This document shows positions 50,010-59,987 of a stretch of 62,513 nt of DNA, one piece after another. This stretch comes from Bacteroidota bacterium (GTDB lineage: Bacteria > Bacteroidota > Bacteroidia > CAILMK01), in NCBI GenBank assembly GCA_034440515.1, contig JAWXCF010000089.1, positions 1 through 62,513 on the forward strand. Reading direction: 5' to 3'. The translations under genes and the position numbers were made by a program. The stretch's first letter is position 1. Each line of letters opens with the position of its first letter. The notes beneath the pieces were generated by a model, which saw only the letters and a list, made by a program, of their open reading frames with translations, was not told where the DNA came from and searched no databases.

Positions 50010-50795
50010 ATGCAATATCCCATAATAACCATAACCTCAGATACGGGTGCAGATGGATATATGATTCCCGTAATGAAGGGCCATATATTGTCTAGACTAC
50101 CGGAGGTTAAAATTATTGATATTAGCCACAGCATAAAGCGCTATGATTTAAATGCAGCAGGATTTGTATTAGGGTCTTGTTGGTTTGAGTTTCCAGAGGG
50201 TACTCTGCATTTATTGCCAATAGAGGAACCAAAAGATTCTAGCCACAGGCGATTTCTACTAGCTGGTAAAGATGGACATAGATTTATGTTAGAGGATAAT
50301 GGCGTAATAGATTTACTGCTAATGGGACAACAGGCAGATTGGGTGCGTAGGTTTGATGTAGAGCCTTGGCAACTAAGCACCCCACACAAAGATATTTATG
50401 CAAACTATTCGGTTGAAGTGTTTCGACGACAATTAAATGACCCGCCAGGCATTCCCATTAATGATTATATAAAAGGGGGATTTCCCAGTGTCTATATTGA
50501 CGAATCGGGCATAGTGTGTGAGGCTATACACATAGACCAGTGGGGAAATGTAATAACTAACCTAAGTAGAACCGTAATGTTGAACTATAGCCTAGGCAAA
50601 CCCATACAATTGACCTATAGAAATAGACAGATAATAGAAGATCTGGTAGATAATGCGCAAAACATACCTAGTGGCGAGCAATATTTAAGCTATGGTATGG
50701 GCGACTATTTGCAGATTTGCATTAAGCACGGTAATGCATCAGAACTCTTGGGTTTGGGTATGAAGTCAAAATTTGAAATAAGCATAAAGGGATAA
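50010..50795 (+). CDS. DUF62 SAM hydrolase / halogenase superfamily protein
   Basis: Probable ATG at 50010; ITITSD.G, IDISH, FP.GT.H, DNG, ID.WGN.ITN and G.ASELLGL motifs. Confidence 0.85.
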   Translation: MQYPIITITSDTGADGYMIPVMKGHILSRLPEVKIIDISHSIKRYDLNAAGFVLGSCWFEFPEGTLHLLPIEEPKDSSHRRFLLAGKDGHRFMLEDNGVIDLLLMGQQADWVRRFDVEPWQLSTPHKDIYANYSVEVFRRQLNDPPGIPINDYIKGGFPSVYIDESGIVCEAIHIDQWGNVITNLSRTVMLNYSLGKPIQLTYRNRQIIEDLVDNAQNIPSGEQYLSYGMGDYLQICIKHGNASELLGLGMKSKFEISIKG

Positions 50796-51101
50796 ATGTT
50801 AGTGAGAATAGTGAAAATGCAGTTTAAAGTAGATGAGATTGAGAATTTCAAAAATTTATTTACTCAAGTCTATCCCTTCATTAGCAATTTCCCAGGGTGC
50901 AGGCAAGTAACACTTGTACAGCAGGCTGATGATGAGGCAGTATTTATGACCATTAGCCATTGGGATGATGACAACGCACTACAGAACTACAGGCAAAGTG
51001 AACTATTTGCCGATACCTGGCGCGAGACAAAGGCAATGTTTCAAACTCAGGCAATAGCTTGGTCTGTGAAACCTATACACGGCGCTTTAATTGTGAATTA
51101 A
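50796..51101 (+). CDS. Antibiotic biosynthesis monooxygenase (ABM) domain protein
   Basis: RIVKM.F, FPGC, F.T.S.W, Y..S.LF..TW and AWS motifs. Confidence 0.88.
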   Translation: MLVRIVKMQFKVDEIENFKNLFTQVYPFISNFPGCRQVTLVQQADDEAVFMTISHWDDDNALQNYRQSELFADTWRETKAMFQTQAIAWSVKPIHGALIVN

Positions 51102-51103
51102 GA

Positions 51104-52504
51104 CTATTTTTTCTTAGGTTTTGGTTTTGGCTTGGTTGGAGCCTTCATAGTTGGTACTTGACTCCAACAATCATCCCAAATCTTAAAGCTAGCGTAGGGC
51201 AAGCTAAAATATTGTAAATCAAATATAATCAAATTATCATTGGGTATATCGGTGCCGTGTTTGGCATAGCTTAGGGCAGTATTAAATCGAATAGAGCCAC
51301 CGTCCTTACCTTTTTTAGGTAACATTATTAACTGTAAGTATGTGTGAACAGAAGTATCATACAGGTGCATTTTTCGCACATTGAAATTCATATCTTTATG
51401 TATAAACTCAAACATCATTGGCTCTGTACTGTAATAGGCAATACTGCCAGAAAACATAATTGGTATATTCACAGCGTAGGGTTGTTTTGGCAAACCAATA
51501 ACCCCTTTGGGGTGTAGTAATTGCCATTTACCAGAATCTATACAATAGTAGTCTGTCACCCTGTAAAACTTTGTCGGTGTACCTTCATCCTCACCATATT
51601 TACTCTTTATGCGTTCAAGTGTTATTAGATAGCATTTGTGACCGTTAAGAGTCATACGTCTTGCATCTATGTGTGTAAAATTTTCGGTCCCTATTTTAAA
51701 TAATTCATAGTATTTGTTGTTGAACTCAGGGTTCATATAGGGTATTCTATTTGGGCTGCTGTACCATTTACCATCATCTGCAAGTATATGACCAGTTGCA
51801 TTGGTTAAACTACATAGTAACGGGCCAAAACTACTTAGCAAACTATCTGGAATTTTCGGTACGGTATCTTGTGCTAGCTTCAATTGGCTAGTATCAATTT
51901 TAGTAGCCGTAGTATCTGGCTTTGTAATTTTTGCCTTGATTGGGGCAGTGATTGGTTTTTTAGCAGACGGTTTTGCAACTCCTTTCTTTTTAGTAGTTGG
52001 TTTAAGTTTATTTACTTTTTTAGCTGAATCTAATTGCATAGGTCTAGCAAGTGTATCTTGTTTTAGCAAACTGCTGTCTATGACAGGGTTTGGCTTTTTT
52101 ACAACTGGGGAAAGTTTTTCTTTTTTCTTTTGTGGGCTGGTTTTCTTAGGGTCAGCCTTTATCTGTGGTTTAGATTTTTTTGGATTATTTGGTTTAGATT
52201 TTTTCTGATTATTATCTATATCTTTTGCTTTTTTTATACTATCACTTATCCTTTTTTCATCTTTAGGATTATCTATATCTTGATTAATAACTGGAGACTG
52301 ACGTATGGGTGACCCTTGTATGCTATCATTTAGATGCAGGGAATCAATCTTAATAGAAGAGGTATCGTTATAGTTAGGTTGCCCAGGAGCAGGTATTACA
52401 ATTACTTTATTTGGTGAATCTAATGCAGTTTGCGCCTTAGCTTTTGCAGCACCTAAAAAAATGAGAATTAAACCAAAAACTAAAAATTTTGCACAATTAA
52501 ACAT
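51104..52504 (-). CDS. Exported protein with Lys/Pro-rich low-complexity N-terminal half
   Basis: Signal peptide ending AKAQ; about 200 aa K/P-rich region then a globular domain; TACTTTTG -7 box upstream on the minus strand. Confidence 0.7.
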   Translation of the reverse strand: MFNCAKFLVFGLILIFLGAAKAKAQTALDSPNKVIVIPAPGQPNYNDTSSIKIDSLHLNDSIQGSPIRQSPVINQDIDNPKDEKRISDSIKKAKDIDNNQKKSKPNNPKKSKPQIKADPKKTSPQKKKEKLSPVVKKPNPVIDSSLLKQDTLARPMQLDSAKKVNKLKPTTKKKGVAKPSAKKPITAPIKAKITKPDTTATKIDTSQLKLAQDTVPKIPDSLLSSFGPLLCSLTNATGHILADDGKWYSSPNRIPYMNPEFNNKYYELFKIGTENFTHIDARRMTLNGHKCYLITLERIKSKYGEDEGTPTKFYRVTDYYCIDSGKWQLLHPKGVIGLPKQPYAVNIPIMFSGSIAYYSTEPMMFEFIHKDMNFNVRKMHLYDTSVHTYLQLIMLPKKGKDGGSIRFNTALSYAKHGTDIPNDNLIIFDLQYFSLPYASFKIWDDCWSQVPTMKAPTKPKPKPKKK

Positions 52505-52709
52505 TTGTTCTATAATCAGAGTATATTCAGGGGTAAAAACGAATTTTTAATAAAATGCAAAAGTAGTAATACCTTGATTATTAAGCTACAGATATATGAT
52601 TAAGTTTTGAAACAAACCAATTATAAATAATGCTTAATTCCTTATAAGTAAATGAGAATTTTCAGAATACCCTAATTTGCGATAAGTTAAAATTCAACTA
52701 CATTAAGCC

Positions 52710-53477
52710 TTAGATATTTAACTCAACTACAGCTGGGCAATGGTCGCTATGCAATGCATCGGGCAGGGTATAGGCTTCTGCTATAGTGTCTTTTAATGCG
52801 GCACTTACCATATTGTAGTCAATTCGCCAACCTTTGTTATTCTTTCTAGCACCTGCCCTGAAACTCCACCACGTGTAGGCTATTTGATTGGAATTTATGT
52901 ATCGGAACGAATCTATCATACCAATTTCTAAAAACTCACTTATCCACAAGCGCTCCTCGGGGGTGAAACCACTGGTGCCATTTAGTCCCTTAGGGTTATG
53001 TATGTCAATATCTTGATGACAAATATTAAAGTCGCCCGATATAATTAATTTAGGGTGATCAATTAGAACTTCTAGTATATAGGCTTTAAAGAAAGTAAGC
53101 CACTCCATTTTAAAAGATTGACGTAAGTCTCCACTGCTGCCGCTGGGGTGATATACACTCATTACACTGGTGCCATCAGCAAAGTCTGCACGCATTACAC
53201 GCCCCTCAAAGTCGTATAAATCATTGCCACAGCCATACTCTATCTTTATTGGCTTCTGCAGCGATAGAATGCCAACTCCACTATAACCTTTCTTATCAGC
53301 CGGATACCAATAATGATGGTAACCTGTAAAGTCGAATATAGCCTTGTCAAACTGCTCTGGCTTTGCTTTTATTTCTTGCAAGCACAGTACATCTGGTTTG
53401 GTTTCTGCCAGCCAACCGGTAAAGTTTTTGGTTAAAGCAGAGCGTATGCCATTCACATTATAGCTAACGACCTTCAT
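52710..53477 (-). CDS. xth: Exodeoxyribonuclease III
   Basis: SYNVNGIR, LCLQEIK, GYSGV, GDFN, GWRIDY and SDHCP motifs. Confidence 0.96.
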   Translation of the reverse strand: MKVVSYNVNGIRSALTKNFTGWLAETKPDVLCLQEIKAKPEQFDKAIFDFTGYHHYWYPADKKGYSGVGILSLQKPIKIEYGCGNDLYDFEGRVMRADFADGTSVMSVYHPSGSSGDLRQSFKMEWLTFFKAYILEVLIDHPKLIISGDFNICHQDIDIHNPKGLNGTSGFTPEERLWISEFLEIGMIDSFRYINSNQIAYTWWSFRAGARKNNKGWRIDYNMVSAALKDTIAEAYTLPDALHSDHCPAVVELNI

Positions 53478-53494
53478 ATAAGCGGACTTATTTT

Positions 53495-54487
53495 TTATTG
53501 ATAATCAATTTCAGTACTGTCACCCAAGTTTAAGCTTTGGCTATAACCCCTTAATGCACTTTCATTACCTATTAGTGAATCGTGCAGTACACTGTTTCTT
53601 ATCTCAGCATCTGGACCTATAATGCTTTCTTTTATAATGGTATTTTCAATTATGGCTCTAGCGCCAATGCTTACGTTAGGTCCTATTATACTGTTTTTTA
53701 CTACAGCCGTTGGGTCTATATTAACAGGAGGAATGATGATGGTACTGGCAGTATTTACTGCAACAGTCGTAAATTCAGGCTTCTGTAGTAGAACAGCATT
53801 TGTTTCTAGTAAGGCGTCTTTTTTACCGCAGTCAAACCAATTTTCAACATTGTAAGTTACTATTTTTCCACCTAAGCTAATCATACGCATTAGTGCATCG
53901 GTAAGTTGATACTCGTTTTTGGTTCTGATGTCGTTGTCAATATTGTATTTCAAGGCCTCCATTAGGGCAGGCACTTCTTTAATTTTATATATTCCGACTA
54001 GGGCTATATTGCTAACAGGAACTGCTGGTTTCTCTACCATTCTGTTTATGAATCCTTGTTCGTCTAGCTCCACAACACCAAATCTGCGTGGGTCTTCAAC
54101 TTTTTTTACACCTAATGAACTGTAAGGCTGGTTCATATACTCTTTCATATCCATATCAAATACAGTATCGCCTAGGGCAATCAGCAATTGATCTTCATTC
54201 TCTATATATTTTCCTGCCATCCATAGTGCGTGTCCAATTCCCTCACGTACGGTTTGCACCACAAACTCATTATTCAAGTGGGGATATTTAGACTGAACAT
54301 ATTCTTCTATTTTCTCACCTAAATAGCCAATAATGAAAACAAAATCGGTAAACCCTGCTTCTATCAGGCTGTCAATAATGTGTGCTAAAATGGGTTTGCC
54401 AGCTACAGGTATTAATGCCTTAGGCTGAGTGTGTGTGTGTGGTCTAAGTCTTGAACCAATGCCCGCTACCGGAATTACTGCTTTCAT
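53495..54487 (-). CDS. Sugar-phosphate nucleotidyltransferase (glucose-1-phosphate thymidylyltransferase-like, with hexapeptide tail)
   Basis: AG.GSRLRP.T..PK, VEKP, E.QLTD and WFDCG motifs; left-handed beta-helix repeats. Confidence 0.9.
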   Translation of the reverse strand: MKAVIPVAGIGSRLRPHTHTQPKALIPVAGKPILAHIIDSLIEAGFTDFVFIIGYLGEKIEEYVQSKYPHLNNEFVVQTVREGIGHALWMAGKYIENEDQLLIALGDTVFDMDMKEYMNQPYSSLGVKKVEDPRRFGVVELDEQGFINRMVEKPAVPVSNIALVGIYKIKEVPALMEALKYNIDNDIRTKNEYQLTDALMRMISLGGKIVTYNVENWFDCGKKDALLETNAVLLQKPEFTTVAVNTASTIIIPPVNIDPTAVVKNSIIGPNVSIGARAIIENTIIKESIIGPDAEIRNSVLHDSLIGNESALRGYSQSLNLGDSTEIDYQ

Positions 54488-54613
54488 TATTCGTTGTTAT
54501 GATTGGGTAAAATCTGGAAATAAAAGCACAAATATGTGTACCCTTATTATGATGGTACAAAAGTATTGGTTAACCGTCAATTATTTTAGAGTATTTGTAC
54601 TTTTACAAATTTG

Positions 54614-54988
54614 TTAAAATTGTTGAGTAGCGAGCAAAACTAAGGTACAGGCATATTCACATTTAATACCCTGTACTTCTGCTAATTTCTTAAAATCTTT
54701 GTTTTCAGTTCCTGGGTTAAATATAATTCTATGTGGTTTCAACGCCAATACTTTAGGTATAAAGTCTGCTTGCCTATCTTTACCCACATACATAGTTACT
54801 GTGTCTATGTTAACATCTTGAGGCCAAGAAGTGGTTATAATTGTATCGCCAATCTTACCTGGTTTTAATCCAAATGCTATGGCATTATGCCCAAATTCAG
54901 TCAACATTTTGGTAGCCTTATAGGCGTATCCTTCTGGATTTTCACTGGCACCTATCACCAAAACTTTTTCTACGTTTCCCATTTTCAT
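54614..54988 (-). CDS. CoA-binding domain protein
   Basis: VIGAS..P, DTVT.Y, IFNPGTEN and ACTLV motifs. Confidence 0.9.
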   Translation of the reverse strand: MKMGNVEKVLVIGASENPEGYAYKATKMLTEFGHNAIAFGLKPGKIGDTIITTSWPQDVNIDTVTMYVGKDRQADFIPKVLALKPHRIIFNPGTENKDFKKLAEVQGIKCEYACTLVLLATQQF

Positions 54989-55095
54989 TTATATAAAATG
55001 TAAACCCAAATAACTAACAAAATGTGCGATATTGGATTAAAGTATTAAATCCCTATCATTGAATTGTAATTTTAAGCCTAGCTACCCTCAGCTTT

Positions 55096-56508
55096 ATGTT
55101 CAGCATATACAAGCACTTGTTATACGATGTTAGACTTTACCTATTTGTATATTTTTTACTCAGGCTAGCATTTATTACTGCGCCTCCATTAGAGACTGCA
55201 CACGGCTGGCGCCAAAGTACTGGTCTGATGGTGGCTAGAAACTTTTATGAAGTGGATGCCAACATTATGTATCCTCGGCTAAATAATGGAGGAGAGAAAA
55301 CGGGGATTACGGGTACAGAATTTCCCATTTACAACTACTTAATTTACCTAGTTGCTCGGGTATTTGGTTGGGCAGATTGGTATGGTCGGCTCATCAATCT
55401 TCTGGTATCTTCGCTAGGTGTTTATTGGTTTTATCGCATTATACTACTTTCCTTTAGCAATTCCAAATGGGCCTTATTATCTGCGCTAGTATTGTTAAAC
55501 TCTATATGGTTTGCCTACTCTAGAAAGACTATGCCAGACACTTTTTCTATATCGTTGGTATTGGGTGGTTTGTATTATGGGTATAGTTATTTAAAGTTTG
55601 GCAGGTGGGCACACTTATCTCCGTTTGTGTTGCTAAGTATGTTAGGGGTATTGTGCAAAATTCCCTCAGCCTTTGCTTTGGCATTGTTTGCAATTCTTTT
55701 GCTCAATAGCAAGTTTACTCTCAGCAGAAGGCTGATTATCCTAGTGGGTTTTATAGTCATTGCCATTCCAGTAGGGTGGTGGTATTTTAAATGGGTGCCG
55801 CATTTGGTGCAAAAATTTGGGTTTTGGCACTACTATATGGGTGAAGATTTAGCCTTAGGTTTTCACGAAATTATTACGCACTTGCCGCAAACTTTTGAGC
55901 GATTTTATTATTCAGCTATGTATTTTTCAGGCTTTGCCTTTTTCTTACTCGGCATCTATTTCGCTGTTAGACATCGCCAATGGCAGTTAATAATTACGGT
56001 GGGAATTAGCTTCTTACTTATATTTGCATTTGCAAGTAAGGCCGGTTATGCCTTTTACCATCATAATTATTATATCATTCCATTCGTGCCCGTTTTGGCA
56101 TTGTGTGCAGGTTATGGACTTTCTCAATTAAACAATAGAAAGTTAATTGCTTCTTTAATCGTAATATTATTTACAGAAACGATAATAAATAGTAGACCAG
56201 AATTTATGTATAGACGTACAGAACTATACAAGCTACAGATTGAGAATATTTTAGATAGATTTTCTACAAGGAAGGACTTAATAGCAACAAATACTGGAGA
56301 TAATCCCCAGCTGCTATATTTTGCTCATCGCAACGGTTGGACAAATACAAGTGCAGCATTGGCAGATAGCAGCAAACAAGTTGAGCTGGTAAATCTCGGG
56401 CTAAAGTTTATCGTATTTAATAAGCACGAAACTGAAACAGCAATTATAAAACTACCCTTAGTATTTGAAAATGAAGATTTTAAAATTTATAAGACTACAG
56501 CCCAATAA
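55096..56508 (+). CDS. ArnT/PMT-like (GT-C) glycosyltransferase
   Basis: H.WRQ...ARNF, EFP.Y, GRL, SR..MPD and H.YY..P motifs; about 11 TM. Confidence 0.85.
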   Translation: MFSIYKHLLYDVRLYLFVYFLLRLAFITAPPLETAHGWRQSTGLMVARNFYEVDANIMYPRLNNGGEKTGITGTEFPIYNYLIYLVARVFGWADWYGRLINLLVSSLGVYWFYRIILLSFSNSKWALLSALVLLNSIWFAYSRKTMPDTFSISLVLGGLYYGYSYLKFGRWAHLSPFVLLSMLGVLCKIPSAFALALFAILLLNSKFTLSRRLIILVGFIVIAIPVGWWYFKWVPHLVQKFGFWHYYMGEDLALGFHEIITHLPQTFERFYYSAMYFSGFAFFLLGIYFAVRHRQWQLIITVGISFLLIFAFASKAGYAFYHHNYYIIPFVPVLALCAGYGLSQLNNRKLIASLIVILFTETIINSRPEFMYRRTELYKLQIENILDRFSTRKDLIATNTGDNPQLLYFAHRNGWTNTSAALADSSKQVELVNLGLKFIVFNKHETETAIIKLPLVFENEDFKIYKTTAQ

Positions 56509-56968
56509 AACTGACAATCTGATTGCCCCAATCACCAAAGGTTAGGAATCTATTTCCTAAAAAATTCCAAATAACAGTAACCCCTGTGGCAAGAAACTTA
56601 CTAAAATAGAAGTTTAATTTCTTATTGTGATGAAAATAGTAAAGTACCAGAGTATTAAACAAAAGTCCGAGTGTAGCCACAATGATGAATATAGTGAACT
56701 GCTGCGCCATATTGGGATCGTGATTTCTAAAGGTCCAAGCCCTATTTAAGAAATAGTTAATAACTGCAGATATAATAAAACCAGTACTATTTGCTACATA
56801 GCGACTTAGCCTCAAGGTTTCCTTTACAAAATAGGTCAAACCAAAGTCGATAAGCATACACAAAAACCCGACAATACCGAACTTGACAAACTTTAAGAAA
56901 AAATCCCAAAGCATAGCCGAATTAATAAGTAAAGGAATGTGCGCTTTATGTTTAAGCCAATAGGACAA
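56495..56968 (-). CDS. GtrA family flippase-like protein
   Basis: KFGIVG..ID, AN..GF, NY.LNR.WTF, K..AT and WNF motifs. Confidence 0.92.
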   Translation of the reverse strand: MSYWLKHKAHIPLLINSAMLWDFFLKFVKFGIVGFLCMLIDFGLTYFVKETLRLSRYVANSTGFIISAVINYFLNRAWTFRNHDPNMAQQFTIFIIVATLGLLFNTLVLYYFHHNKKLNFYFSKFLATGVTVIWNFLGNRFLTFGDWGNQIVSFIGL

Positions 56969-57123
56969 TATGGGGGCAATGGGTTTTAGTTCACAATTTT
57001 AGTGAGGTGCGAAATTCGCAATATTCTGCATTCCAGCCAAATAATTTAGAAAATATAATGCTGATCATATTAGACCAATTTATATGACCTAACTTCTAAA
57101 TTTGAGCCTTAAAATAATTAACA

Positions 57124-57969
57124 ATGAAAAGAATTTTTATACTCTTACTAATTTCTGCACTTAGTTTTTGCCATTCTGCTATTGCACAAGTTGAATATAC
57201 AGGACAATTTAGAATGCTATTTGGGGTGAATATGGGCGAAGCTGCCCAACCTATTGAGATGAGTATGAGAATATCATATCTAAAAGGAATAGCTATGATA
57301 GATAATATAGCAATACCTGAAATGTTTTCTAAAGGTGTTTCTACAAATGCACTAAAGGTGATAATCGAACAAAAGAACAAGGTAATGACAATGGCGACTA
57401 TTACTCCAGAAGGCAAGAAAATTAAGTCTGTAACTAAACTAGATAAGTCAAATGAAAAGTATAACCCTAGTAAAATGAAAGAAGTGTTTGAAGGATTAAA
57501 GGAAACTATGAATAAGCAAGGAGTCACATTTGAATGGATAAATACCAATGAAACTAAAAAAATAGATGGTTATACTGCCTATAAAACTGTGCTAAGTAGT
57601 AATAAAGTAGATGTAATATTTTGGTTAACTAAAGATGTAAAGAATTTAAGCTTTAAAAATATGCAAGGAAATATGACCGAGGAGCAAAAGATAAATAAAG
57701 CTGACATAGTAAGGATGTTAGAAGATGTATTTGGAAAGACTCCTGTATCTTTTACAAATTCTTTTCCAATTCTAATAGAAGGTGATATGAAAGACCCTGC
57801 CTTGAAATCTAAGTTAAGTTCATTTTACATAAAGTTTTTTAGTTTCTCTGATAAAGTAACAGCTTCTGATTTTAATCTAGTTGGGTATAAAGAAGTTGAG
57901 AAGGATGCATTTCAAAATGAATTGCAAGGAAAAGGCGGATCAAATAACACAACTCCAATAGAGGACTAA
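57124..57969 (+). CDS. Exported protein, DUF4412/GLPGLI-like
   Basis: Signal peptide ending AIAQ; T.ETKKI.GY...K and FW.TKD motifs; FP.L. Confidence 0.55.
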   Translation: MKRIFILLLISALSFCHSAIAQVEYTGQFRMLFGVNMGEAAQPIEMSMRISYLKGIAMIDNIAIPEMFSKGVSTNALKVIIEQKNKVMTMATITPEGKKIKSVTKLDKSNEKYNPSKMKEVFEGLKETMNKQGVTFEWINTNETKKIDGYTAYKTVLSSNKVDVIFWLTKDVKNLSFKNMQGNMTEEQKINKADIVRMLEDVFGKTPVSFTNSFPILIEGDMKDPALKSKLSSFYIKFFSFSDKVTASDFNLVGYKEVEKDAFQNELQGKGGSNNTTPIED

Positions 57970-58097
57970 TAGATTTCCAACATATATCAATTATCAACTC
58001 CAATTGTAAATTAGTTATTTACTCTTGGGGTTTTTCTTTTTATATCAAATCAAATCTTTGTGCATATTTGTATTAATATCAGCCGACGACATATAAT

Positions 58098-59069
58098 ATG
58101 AAATTGAAAACCAATATAATTTGCATTCTACTATTGTTATCGCCAATTTTGGTCTTGGCACAGTCTAAAAATAAAAAGGACAGTGTACTAACCACCATTA
58201 AGGAAGATGCTCCGCAAATGTTTCCTAACATTGTGATATTGGCTACGCCTATGTATGTTGATATTAGTAATGGTTCAAGTCTGGGTATTGCCGGTGCTAT
58301 AGACTGGCGTGCAAAACCTAAAATTGTAGCTCACTTTGACTTTAGTTACAGTTATGCTTATTTGGGTAGCCTAGAAATTGCTGGTTACACACCGTTTTTC
58401 ATAAACCTAGGTGCAGACTACAACTACAAAACATCGGAGAAACAAGTTAAGAGAAAAATAAACCTGTCAAAAAAACACAACTTAGATGGCAGTAGCATTG
58501 AATATTTAGCATACCCTAGATGTACAGAACTTACTGTATTAGGATTTAGAGGAGGATTAACTGCAGGCTGGCAACCCCGTGAGAATGTTCAGTTAGACTA
58601 TGAAGTAAATATAAAAGACCCAATGGGTGGGGGTGGTCGTATTCCGAAAACAGGCAGCGCCGTTGGTGGACCAATTGCAAATTCATATAAAGGCATATAT
58701 CTTGGTGTAAGTCAGACCAAATACATAAATGTTACGGCAACTTTAACCCCATTTGGTGAGAAAAAAGTAATAAGAAGATTAAGGTACTACGCTGACCTAA
58801 TGATTACACCGTTCGTATATTACTCACCACTAATATCTAGTAGAGAGATAGGGGGTTACATAAGCGACGCCACATTTATTGCAGTAAGCAACATAAGCAA
58901 AATACCTGTGGGCATTCGTGCTGGTTTTGACGTATGTAGAAACAACCCAACCATCAGTTACGGCGCTGAGGCAGGATTTAGGCCAGGTGTGGGTTCAGGA
59001 CTATTCTTAATGGGTAAATTCTCTTTCCCATTTTACTTAAACTATAGCGCATACCCTATAGAGAAATAA
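58098..59069 (+). CDS. Hypothetical exported protein, probably outer membrane
   Basis: Signal peptide ending VLAQ; amphipathic strand pattern near the C-terminus. Confidence 0.6.
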   Translation: MKLKTNIICILLLLSPILVLAQSKNKKDSVLTTIKEDAPQMFPNIVILATPMYVDISNGSSLGIAGAIDWRAKPKIVAHFDFSYSYAYLGSLEIAGYTPFFINLGADYNYKTSEKQVKRKINLSKKHNLDGSSIEYLAYPRCTELTVLGFRGGLTAGWQPRENVQLDYEVNIKDPMGGGGRIPKTGSAVGGPIANSYKGIYLGVSQTKYINVTATLTPFGEKKVIRRLRYYADLMITPFVYYSPLISSREIGGYISDATFIAVSNISKIPVGIRAGFDVCRNNPTISYGAEAGFRPGVGSGLFLMGKFSFPFYLNYSAYPIEK

Positions 59070-59072
59070 AAA

Positions 59073-59981
59073 TTATAAGCTAAATACTCGGCGAATATTA
59101 AAACCAATTCTTATGCCACCATTTGACCATTTGTCTGTAGTGTAGGCGAAATTGGTAGCTTCATTAATTCCCAAACTATTGCTAAGATGCATACTAAATA
59201 CGTGACCACCAGTTTCTTTTTCCCAGCCAATGCTTAGGCTATTGGTATATTTATCAAACTTGGTGTTTGTTTCAGGTAGAAACCTATTAATTCTGGCCCC
59301 GTATTCTAATGTAACTGCGCTACGAACATTATATCGAAACCTAGACACAAATGCGGTAGCTAATACTGCATTACTCTGGTCGATACGTTGAACTATGTTA
59401 TAGTGAATGTAAGTGGGGCTCAATTGAATGCTTAACCAATCATTGAATTTTCGCGATATCATAACTTGGTACACATAGTTAAGTCTATCTGAGGTATTAA
59501 AAAACTCAGTTTTTTGCGGGTCGCGAATAGAGGTTATACCAGATTGCGCTAGTAAACTAACTGATACAGGCATTCTATTATCTTCAGTTTGATACAGCAA
59601 TTTGTATTTTAAGAAACTAGACACCATTTTATTTATGTTGCTACGATTCAAGCCTACCATCAATCTACCGTTGTAACTATACTCTAAACCTATCAATATA
59701 CTTGCTCCTCCATCTAAACCATAGAAGCCATCTGCTCCTGAATTTAAGTTACCAAACCTGTGCGATATGCGAAAGTCTAATTCCCTAGCACCCAACACCT
59801 CCGTAGTATGAAAGTTAATTAGCCTAGTATCTTTAAATGTGTAATCAACTCGTTTGCTGCCAGGTTTAGCATCAAGCATTAATTCATTTAAAAGACTACT
59901 ATCTTCTTGCGCTAATATAGGTAATGTGAATAGGCAAAATAGTAGGGATAAGTAAAGTCTATACATAAAAATTGGGAACAT
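59073..59981 (-). CDS. DUF5777-like outer-membrane beta-barrel
   Basis: TFK.TRLIN, L.FRISHRFG, FYGLD, Q..ISRK, S.QL.P...H.N, ETGGHVF.MH.SN and GFNI.R.F motifs. Confidence 0.8.
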   Translation of the reverse strand: MFPIFMYRLYLSLLFCLFTLPILAQEDSSLLNELMLDAKPGSKRVDYTFKDTRLINFHTTEVLGARELDFRISHRFGNLNSGADGFYGLDGGASILIGLEYSYNGRLMVGLNRSNINKMVSSFLKYKLLYQTEDNRMPVSVSLLAQSGITSIRDPQKTEFFNTSDRLNYVYQVMISRKFNDWLSIQLSPTYIHYNIVQRIDQSNAVLATAFVSRFRYNVRSAVTLEYGARINRFLPETNTKFDKYTNSLSIGWEKETGGHVFSMHLSNSLGINEATNFAYTTDKWSNGGIRIGFNIRRVFSL

Positions 59982-59987
59982 TATAAA

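Noticed and set aside
37974-50795. mtnA, crcB and a DUF62 gene within 13 kb, suggesting a fluorometabolite (fluorinase) pathway
   Set aside because: The genes are in separate transcription units with unrelated genes between them. phoH-DUF62-ABM is a routine Bacteroidota arrangement, and no nucleoside phosphorylase or aldolase is clustered with them.
54428-54440. (GT)n dinucleotide run as a phase-variation tract
   Set aside because: It is short and encodes the conserved RPHTHTQPK motif of the nucleotidyltransferase; the frame is intact.
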